32,371 nt of DNA from Azolla caroliniana (Eukaryota; Plantae; Polypodiophyta), in NCBI GenBank assembly GCA_043228905.1, contig JBHGNT010000349.1, positions 1-32,371 on the forward strand, in the 5' to 3' direction. Positions 23,889 to 32,371 of the stretch are shown in pieces. The notes under the pieces are model-generated. The model saw nothing but the letters and a program-made list of their open reading frames with translations, searched no databases and had not been told where the DNA came from. How positions within the stretch are numbered: position 1 is the stretch's first letter; each line of letters begins with the position of its first letter. Position numbers and translations under genes: made by a program.

Positions 23889-26800
23889 GTATGGACATAT
23901 TTATTTACTCACGCGCTCTTGTCTACGACCTTCTACACTTGGATCTCTTCTTCATGTCACTCGATCTGAGTTTCAAAATCATGATTTTTCAATTCCATAT
24001 CATAGCCAACTTAGTTGGCTTTATTTTGCATGTTTGAACACAAAAATCTGATATCACACGAGCCCGGTATGAACATTTTCAGTTACTCACGCGCTCTTGT
24101 CTACGACCTTCTACACTTGGCTATTTTCTTCATGTCTCTTGAGCTGAGTTTCAAAATCATAAATTTTCAATTCCATATCATAGCCAGCGTATTTAGCTTC
24201 GATTCACATGTTTGAACACAAAAATCCGATATCACACGAGCCATTTTCATTTACTCACACGATGTTGTCTACAAGCTTCTACACTTGGCTATTTTCGTCA
24301 TGTCTCTTGATCGGAGTTTCAAAATCATGATTTTTCAATTCCATATCATATCCAGCGTAGTAAGCTTCCATTCTCATATTTGAACACAAAAATCCGACAT
24401 CACATGAGCCAGGTATGAACATTTTCATTTACTCACGCGCTCTTGTCTACGACCTTCTACACTTGGCTATTTTCTTCATGTCTCTCGACCTGAGTTTCAA
24501 AATAAAAATTTCTCAATTCCATATCATAGCAAGCGTAGTAAGCTTCGATTCTCATGTTTGAACACAAAAATCCGATCTGACACGAGCCAGGTATGAAGAT
24601 TTTCATTTACTCACGCGCTCTTCTCTAGGACCTTCTACACTTTTCTTTTTACTTCATGTCTTTTCATCGGAGTTTCAAATTTCACATTTTTCAATTCCAG
24701 GTCATAGCCAGAGTAGTTAGCTTCAATTCGCATGTTTGAACACAAAAATCCAATATCACACGAGCCAGGTATGGACATTTTCATTTACTTACGCACTCTT
24801 GTCTACGACCTGCTACACCAGGCTATTTTCTTCATGTCACTCGATGTCAGTTTCAAAATCGTGATTTTCCAATTCCATATCATAGCCAGCGTAGTTAGCT
24901 TCAATTCGCATGTTTGAACACAAAAAGCGGATATCACACGAGCCAGGTATGAACATTTTCATTTACTCACGCACTCTTCTCTACGGCCTTCTAGACTTGG
25001 CTATTTTCTTCATGTCACTCGATTTGAGTTTCAAAATCATGATTTTTGAATTCCATATCATAGCCAATGTAGTTAGCTTTGATTCGCATGTTTGAACACA
25101 AAAATCCGATATCACACGAGCCAGGTATAAACTAATTCATTTACTCACGTGCTCTTGTCTACGACCTTCTACACTTGGCTATTTTCTACCTATCTCTCGA
25201 CCTGAGATTCAAAATCATAATTTTTCAATTTCATATCATAGCCAGCGTAGTAGGCTTCAATTCTCATATTTGAACACAAAAATCCGATATCACACGAGCC
25301 AGGTATGAATATTTTCATTTACTCTCGCGCTCTTCTCTACGACCTTCTACACTTGGCTATTTTCTTCATGTCACTCGATCTGAGTGTCGAAATCATGATT
25401 TTCCATTTCCATATCATAGCCAGCGTAGCAAACTTCCATTCTCATATTTGAACACAAAAATCCGATATCACACGAGCCAGGTATGAAGATTTTCATTTAA
25501 TCACGCGCTCTTGTCTAGGATCTTCTACACTTTTCTTTTTACTTCATGTCTCTCGATCTGAGTTTCAAAATCATGATTTTTCAATTCCATATCATAGCCA
25601 CCGTAGTTGGCTTCATTTCGAATGTTTGAAGAAAAAAATCCGATATCACACGAGCCAAGTATGAACATTTTCATTTACTCACGTGCTCTTGTCTACGACG
25701 TCCTCAACTCTGCTCTTTTTGTCATGTCTCTCGATCTAAGTTTCAAAATCATGATTTTTCAATTCCATATCATAGCCAGCTTAGTAAGCTTCAATTCTCA
25801 TGTTTCAACACAAAAATCCAATATCACACGAGCCAGGTATGAACATTATGATTTACTCACGCGCTCTTGTCTACGACATCCTCAACTTTGCTATTTTATT
25901 CATGTCAGTCGATATGAGCTTCGAGATCATGATTTTTCAATTCCATATCATAGCCAGCGTAGTTAGCTTCGATTCGCATGTTTGAACACAAAAATCCGAT
26001 ATCACACAAGCCAGCTATGAACATTTTCATTAACTCACGCGTTGTTGTCTACGAGCTTCTACAGTTGGCTATTTTCGTCATGTCTCTTGATCGGAGTTTC
26101 AAAATCATGATTTTTCAATTCCATATCATAGCCAGCGTAGTTAGCTTCATTCAAATGTTTGAACAGAGAAATCCAATATCACACGAGCCAGGTATGAACA
26201 TTTTCATTTACTCACGCGCTCTTGTCTACGACCTTCTACACTTGGCTATTTTCTTCATGTCTCTCTACCTGAGATTCAAAATCATAATTTTTCAATTCCA
26301 TATCATAGCTAGGGTAGTAAGCTTCGATTCTCATGTTTGAACACAAAAATCTGATATCACACGAGCCAGGTATGAACATTATTATTTACTCACGCGCTCT
26401 TGTCTACGACGTCCTCAACTTTGCTATTTTCTTCATGTCAGTCGATCTGAGTTTCAAGATCATGATTTTTCAAATCCATATCATAGCGAGCGTAGTAAGC
26501 TTCAATTCTCATGTTTGAACACGAAAATCCGATATCACATGAGCCAGGTATGAATATTTTCATTTACTCACGCGCTCTTGTCTACGACCTTCTATAGTTG
26601 GCTATTGTCTTCATGTCACTCAATCTGAGTTTCGAAATCATGATTTTCCATTTCCATATCATAGCCAGCGTAGTAAACTTCCATTCTCATATTTGAACAC
26701 AAAAATCCAATATCACACGAGCCAGGTATGAAGATTTTCATTTACTCACGCGCTCTTGTCTAGGACCTTTTACACTTTTCTTTTTACTTCAAGTCTCTCG

Positions 26801-28319
26801 ATCTGATTTTCAAAATCATGATTTTTCAATTCCATATCATAGCCAGTGTCGTTAGCTCTTGTCTACGACCTCGTCAACTTTGCTTTCCTCTTTATGTCTC
26901 TCAACCGGAGTTTCATAATCATGATTTTTATATTCCATATTATAGAGTGTCTCATTAGCTTCGATTCGCATGTTTGAACACAAAAATCCGATATCACACG
27001 AGCCAAGTATGAACATTTTCATTTACTCAAATGTTCTTATCTACGCCCTCCTCAACTTTGCTTTCTTCTTGATGTCTCTCGACCTGAGTTTCAAAATCAT
27101 TATATTCCATATTCCATATTATAGAGTGTGTCATTAGCTTCGATCCGCACGTTTGAAAACAAAAATCCGATATCACACGGGCCAATTATGAACATTTTCA
27201 TTTACTTACGCGCTCGTGTCTATGCCCACCTCAAAATTGCTTTTTTCTTCATGTCTCTCGACCTGTGTTTCCAAATCATTATTTATTTATTCGATATTAT
27301 AGAGTGTGTCATTAGCTTCGATTCCCATGTTTGAAACACAAAAATCCGATATCACACGAGCCACGTATGAACATTCTCATTTACTTACGCGCTCTTATCT
27401 ACGCCCACCTCAAATTAGCTTTTTTCTTCATGTCTCTCTACCTGAGTTTTAAAATCATAATTTTTCAATTCCATATTATAGCTAGCGTTGTTAGCTTGGA
27501 TTCACATGTTTCAACACAGAAATCTTATATCACACGATGCAACTATGAACATTTTCATTTACTCACGCGCTCTTGTCTACGCCCTCCTCAACATTGCTTT
27601 TTCCAAATCATGATTTTTTTATACGATATTATAGAGTGTGTCATTAGCTTCATTTCTCAAGTTTGAACACGAAAGTCTAATATGATACGAGACAGGTATG
27701 AACATTTTCATTTATTCACGCGCTCTTGTCTACGCCCTCCTCAACTTTGCTTTTTTCTTCAAGTCTGTCGACCTGAGTTTCAAAATCATGATTTTTAAAT
27801 TCTCTAACATAGCTACCGTTGTTAGCTTCGATTTGCATGTTTGAACACAAGAATCCGATATCACATGAGCGAGTTATGAACATTTTCATTTATTCACATG
27901 CTCTTGTCTACGACCTCCTAAACTTTGCTTTCTTCTTCATGTCTCTCGACCTGAGTTTCAAAATCGTGATTTTTTAATTGCAAATTATAGAGTGTTTCAT
28001 TATCTTCGATTCACATGTTTGAACACGAAAATCCGATATCACACGAACCAGGTATGAACATTTTTATTTACTCACACGCTCTTCTCTACGCACTCCTTCA
28101 TTTTGCATTTTTTTTCATGTCTCTGAACTTGAATTTCAAAATCATGATTTTTCCTATATTCCATATTATAGAGTGTGTCATTAGCTTCGATTCACATGTT
28201 TGAACACAAATGTCCTATATCACACGAGCCAGGTATGAACATTTTCATTTACTCAAACGTTCTTGTCTACGCCCACCTCAACTTTGCTTTTTTCTTCATG
28301 TCTCTCGACCTAATTTTCA
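23889..28319 (+). repeat. 178-bp satellite array, right block (~25 monomers; variant C then variant D)
   Basis: Same core motif and orientation as the left block. Diagnostic ACTCACGCGCTC / CTACACTTGG / TAGCCAGCGTAG up to ~26855, then CCATATTATAGAGTGTGTCATTAGC. Confidence 0.97.
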
Positions 28320-28997
28320 TAACTAGCCCGTGTGATATCAGATTTTTGTGTTCAAACATGTAAATCGAAGCTAATGACACAATCTATAATCTCTAATTGA
28401 AAAATCATGATTTTGAAACTCAGGTCAAGGGACATGAAGAAGAAATCAAAGTTTAGGAGGGCATTGACAAGAGCATATGAGTAAATGAAAATGTTTATAG
28501 CTCGCTCATGTGATATTGGATTTTGGATTTTTGTGTTCAAACATGTGAATCGAAGCTAATGACACACTCTATAATATGCAATTAAAAAATAATGATTTTG
28601 AAATCCAAGTCGAGAGACAGGAAGAAAAAAGCAAAGTTAAGGAGTACTTAGAGAAGAGCATGTGAGTAAATGAAAATGTTCATACCTGGCTTGTGTGGTA
28701 TCGGATGTTTGTGTTCAAACATGTGAATCGAAGCTAATGACACACTCTATAATATGCAATATGAAAACCATGATTTGGAAAAACGTGTCGTGAGACATGA
28801 AGGAAAAAGCAATATTGAGGAGGGCGTAGACAAGAACGTGTGAGTAAATGAAAATGTTCATACCTGGCTCGTGTGATATCGGATTTTTGTGTTCAAACAT
28901 GCGAATCAAAACTAATGACACACTCTATAATATGAAATTGAAAAATCAGGAATTTGAGACCCAGGTCGATAGACATGAGATAAAAAGCAAAGTTGAG
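28316..28997 (-). repeat. Inverted satellite segment (~3.8 monomers)
   Basis: Reads as the reverse complement of the monomer, for example GTGTGATATCGGATTTTTGTGTTCAAACATG. Confidence 0.96.
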
Positions 28998-29045
28998 AGG
29001 TGCGAGGTTCAAATCCGGGTGACGCCATAATGGTCATGTGTTCAT
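28998..29045 (+). other. Non-satellite filler with a tRNA 3'-half/B-box-like motif at the inversion breakpoint
   Basis: GGTTCAAATCC (29006-29016) followed by GGGTGACGCCA. There is no 5' tRNA half. Confidence 0.5.
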
Positions 29046-29154
29046 GACACGAGGTATGAACATTTTCATTTATTCACATGCTCTTGTCTATGCCCTCCTA
29101 AACTTTGCTTTCTTCTTCATGTCTTTCGACGTGAGTTTTAAAATCATGATTTTT
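29046..29154 (+). repeat. Partial satellite monomer, forward orientation
   Basis: GGTATGAACATTTTCATT...AAAATCATGATTTTT, closely similar to ~27875-27973. Confidence 0.9.
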
Positions 29155-29547
29155 TGTTGAGAGACAAGGTCAACATCGGCCGGATCGGCTGAAGAAGTCG
29201 AGGACCGGATCGGTTGGGAACGATCGGTTAGGCCGAGTGCGTAAACCGGGAGGCCGTTAGGAAAGATATTCTGTGAGGAATATATTTGGGAATTAGTGTA
29301 GGAGCTCTTAATGAGCATTGAAGTACGGTCCGTACTTCGGTCAGTCCTTCGAGGACTTGTATAAAAGTGTTCATGGAACACACATATGTATAGAGTAGTG
29401 AATCGAGATCTTTTGTTGTTGAATATAGTTCTTCTTTCTCTCTCTGTCTCTCCCGCGTATACCATGTAAGCCCAAGCTCTCCATTAAACCTGAGTGTTCT
29501 TCCTTCTGTTCTGTCTTCATACTTTCTTCCGCATGCTACTTTCTAGA
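29155..29547 (+). repeat. 5' LTR of copia element 2 (393 bp)
   Basis: Starts TGTTGAGAGACAAG and aligns to 31442-31812. TATAAAA at 29360. Ends ...TCTAGA directly before the PBS. Confidence 0.94.
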
Positions 29548-29559
29548 TGGTATCAGAGC
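29548..29559 (+). promoter_or_regulatory. Primer-binding site complementary to the 3' end of initiator tRNA-Met
   Basis: TGGTATCAGAGC immediately after the 5' LTR, the canonical plant PBS. Confidence 0.95.
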
Positions 29560-29617
29560 GCGAGGGTTGAGAACCTCTCTGCAGCCGACACAGTGACGAA
29601 GAAGAACAAGAAGAACG

Positions 29618-31186
29618 ATGGATAGAGGCATGGCGAGCTCGCTTCCAACAGAGAAGCTCGACAGAACGAACTACGCATCTTGGTCCTACAAGATGCACCA
29701 GTACCTGCTCGGGCACGGCTACTGGAGTTATGTCGAAGGAGCTAATGACGCGGCACCCGAATCGACACACAGAGACTTCCCGTCGCGACTCCGAGGGAAC
29801 CGAGAACCGGTGACGGGTCCGGCTAATGTGAGATTACGCCGATCTACCCGCCAGAAGAATCCTATTTTGCGGTTCGGATACAACGAGTACATGGCGCATC
29901 ATTATGCGTACATGACCCGTGTAGCGGAAGTGCGTGAGCCGGAGAGCTACGCAGAAGCGGCGAAGGACGCGAATTGGCACGCCGCGATGGAGGAAGAGAT
30001 GCACGCATTGGCGGAGAATGAGACCTGGGACCTGGTTGACGCACCGAAGGGTGTGAAGCCGATCGGGTGTAGATGGGTGTACAAAGTCAAGTACAACACC
30101 GATGGCTCGGTCAACCGGTACAAGGCTCAGCTAGTGGCAAAGGGCTACGCGCAAAAACACAGCATTGACTACGATGAGACATTTGCGCCGGTCGCAAAAA
30201 TGACGATCGTCCGTGTTTTGCTCGCAGTAGCCGTGGCCAAGGGGTGGCACTTACATCAAATGGATGTAAAGAATGCGCTCCTACAAGGTGACCTTGAGGA
30301 ACAAGTGTACATGGTACAGCCCCCCGGATTTCACTCCGGAACAAACTCCTCGGTAGTATGCCGACTAAAGAAGTCCCTTTACGGACTGAAGCAAGCCCCG
30401 CGTGCGTGGAACGCGAAGATCATGCAACAACTGCGTCGGATGGGCTTCGTCACGTCAAAATCGGACTCTTCCCTGTTCATCCGGAAAGGTCGACTCAGAC
30501 CGGTTAGTATTTTACTATATGTTGATGACTTGGTCATCACCGACGCCGACCTAGGTGAAATCGACCGCGTAAAGCTCCAGCTTGCGGCATCGTTCGACAT
30601 GAAGGATCTGGGGGACCTTCATTACTTCCTCGGGATCGAAGTGATCCGTACCCCCGAAGGCATATTGATCAGCCAACGTCATTACGTGCTGAGTATGCTC
30701 TTCAAATTCGGGATGGCCGACTGTAAGACCGTCTCGACTCCTTTGGACAGAACCGTCAAGCTTCGTACCAATACGGGAAAGGTATGGGACCCGACGAGGT
30801 TCCGACAAATTGTCGGAAGCCTCATATACTTGACCATCACCCGACCCGACCTCAGTTATCCGGTCGGAGTGATCAGTCAGTTCATGCCACGACCTACCAA
30901 GGAGCACCTTCAGTGTGCGCAACGCGTACTGCGGTACGTAAGTGGCACTAAGGACCGAGGACTGCTATATCGGACCGGTGCAGTCGTGCAGTTAGTCGGC
31001 TACACCGATGCTGATTGGGCTGGCAACGCCGCCGATTGCCAATCCACGTCTGGATACGCGTTCTCCCTCGGGAGTGCAGCGATCGCGTGGAGCAGTAAGA
31101 AGCAACCGACAGTTGCACTATCGAGCACCGAAGCCGAGTACCGAGGGGAGCAGCCGAAGGAGAGGGCCGAAGCCAACCACGCATAG
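29618..31186 (+). CDS. Open 522-aa ORF: copia Gag N-terminus fused in frame to reverse transcriptase and the start of RNase H
   Basis: EKLDRTNYASWSYKMHQYLLGHGYWSYV (Gag N-terminus), then EPESYAEA, WDLV, QMDVKNA, LLYVDDLVI, YTDADWAG and ALSSTEAEY. No zinc knuckle, protease or integrase motifs. Confidence 0.88.
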   Translation: MDRGMASSLPTEKLDRTNYASWSYKMHQYLLGHGYWSYVEGANDAAPESTHRDFPSRLRGNREPVTGPANVRLRRSTRQKNPILRFGYNEYMAHHYAYMTRVAEVREPESYAEAAKDANWHAAMEEEMHALAENETWDLVDAPKGVKPIGCRWVYKVKYNTDGSVNRYKAQLVAKGYAQKHSIDYDETFAPVAKMTIVRVLLAVAVAKGWHLHQMDVKNALLQGDLEEQVYMVQPPGFHSGTNSSVVCRLKKSLYGLKQAPRAWNAKIMQQLRRMGFVTSKSDSSLFIRKGRLRPVSILLYVDDLVITDADLGEIDRVKLQLAASFDMKDLGDLHYFLGIEVIRTPEGILISQRHYVLSMLFKFGMADCKTVSTPLDRTVKLRTNTGKVWDPTRFRQIVGSLIYLTITRPDLSYPVGVISQFMPRPTKEHLQCAQRVLRYVSGTKDRGLLYRTGAVVQLVGYTDADWAGNAADCQSTSGYAFSLGSAAIAWSSKKQPTVALSSTEAEYRGEQPKERAEANHA

Positions 31187-31432
31187 GGGAGATGACGCCA
31201 TCGAGGGCGAGAAGACCGAAGATGAGTTGGAGACAGCCAACTCGGACGAGAACGAAAACCGATCGGAGGTAGTCGAGTCGGTTCGGATGGTTGATTCAGA
31301 TACGCTGAATCAACCGAGGCCCAAGGGTCGAAGCGCGCGGAGACGAACAGGTCGAGGAGCGCGAGCGAGGCGTGAAGCCAGGGGAACCGGAGCCGTGAGC
31401 CCGAGGATCTCGAAGAGCCTCCAGTTGAGCTT

Positions 31433-31441
31433 GAGGGGGAG
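31433..31441 (+). promoter_or_regulatory. Polypurine tract of copia element 2
   Basis: GAGGGGGAG directly before the TGTTG start of the 3' LTR. Confidence 0.93.
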
Positions 31442-31812
31442 TGTTGAGAGACAAGCTCAACATCGGCCGGATCGGCTGAAGAAGCCGAGGACCTGATCGG
31501 TTGGGACCGATCAGTTAGGCCGAGTGCATAAACCGGGAGGCCGTTAGGAAAGATATTCCGTGAGGAGCTCTTGATGAGCATTGAAGTACTGTCAGTACTT
31601 CGGTCAGTCCTTCTAGGACTTGTATAAAAGTGCTCTCTAAGCACGTCTTATGTACATAGATTGATTATTATTGTTGAATACAGTTTTTGTGTCTTCTCTC
31701 TTACTCTCTCTGTCTCTCCCGCGTATACCGTGTAAGCCCAAGCTCTCCATTGAACCTGTGTTTCCTTCCTCTGTTCTGTCTACATACCTGCTTCCGCACG
31801 CTACTTTTAACA
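31442..31812 (+). repeat. 3' LTR of copia element 2 (371 bp)
   Basis: TGTTGAGAGACAAG...CTACTTTTAACA, with TATAAAA at 31623. Confidence 0.95.
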
Positions 31813-32371
31813 TTTATCATAGCTAGCATTGTTAGCTTCGATTCGTTAGTTTAAACACAAAAATCCGATATCACACCGGCTAGCTATGAACATTTTCATT
31901 TACTCACACGCTCTTCTCTACACCCTCCTTGACTTTGCTTTCTTCTTCCTGTCTCTCGACCTGAGTATCAAAATCATAATTTTCCTATTCCATATTATAG
32001 AATGTGTCATTAGCTTCGATTCACATGTTTGAACACAAAAATCCCATATCACACGAGCCAGGAATGAACATTTTCGTTTACTCAAACGTTCTTGTCTTCG
32101 TCCTCCTAAACTTTGTTTTATTCTTCATGTCTCTTGACTTGGGTTTCAAAATCATTCTTTTTTGATTCCATATTATAGAATGTGTCATTAGCTTCGATTC
32201 ACATGTTTGAGCACAAAAATCCGATCGCACACGAACCAGGTATGAACATTTTCATTTACTCACACGCTCTTCTCTACGCCCTTCTTAACTTTGCTTTTCT
32301 CTTCATGTCTCTCAACCTAAGTTTCAAAATCATGATTTTTATATTCCATATTATAGAGTGTGTTATTAGCT
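31813..32371 (+). repeat. 178-bp satellite (variant D, ~3 monomers); runs off the window end
   Basis: Monomer motifs resume right after the LTR, including CCATATTATAGA(A/G)TGTGTCATTAGC. Confidence 0.96.

Larger units (their letters stand above)
29155..31812 (+). mobile_element. Internally deleted Ty1/copia element with two LTRs (2658 bp), inserted in satellite
   Basis: TGTTGA...TAACA termini, two homologous LTRs, PBS, PPT and a copia RT ORF. The 5-bp flanks are TTTTT and TTTAT (imperfect TSD). Confidence 0.95.

Noticed and set aside
23516-24037. 173-aa ORF as a real gene
   Set aside because: It runs across the LINE tail, TSD, LTR remnant and satellite, so it is a composite. Only the LINE-internal part is kept, as a speculative finding.
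28998-29030. Functional tRNA gene
   Set aside because: Only a T-arm and acceptor-like 3' part is present. There is no D arm, anticodon arm or 5' acceptor strand.
12673-31812. All three retroelements share the same orientation
   Set aside because: With three elements this has a 1-in-4 chance, so it is not informative.

Overview
Eukaryotic, land-plant-type heterochromatin with no host gene. About 18.5 kb of the 32.4 kb is one AT-rich tandem satellite with a 178-bp monomer. It is organised into at least four sequence variants and contains a young trimeric higher-order repeat, longer segmental duplications and a ~680-bp inversion. Three retroelements interrupt it, all on the + strand. (1) A 5'-truncated, decayed Tnt1-like Ty1/copia element (12673-23888). 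(2) A 7.6-kb near-full-length L1-clade LINE (16127-23770) nested in that element's 3' LTR, with a perfect 16-bp TSD and an unusual ~163-bp tandem array in its 3' region. (3) A 2.66-kb two-LTR copia derivative (29155-31812) with PBS and PPT, whose only long ORF is an in-frame fusion of the Gag N-terminus to reverse transcriptase. The window looks like a centromeric or pericentromeric satellite domain. The retroelement proteins remind me of fern families, but I cannot verify the organism or centromere function from sequence alone. All counts and alignments were done by eye.
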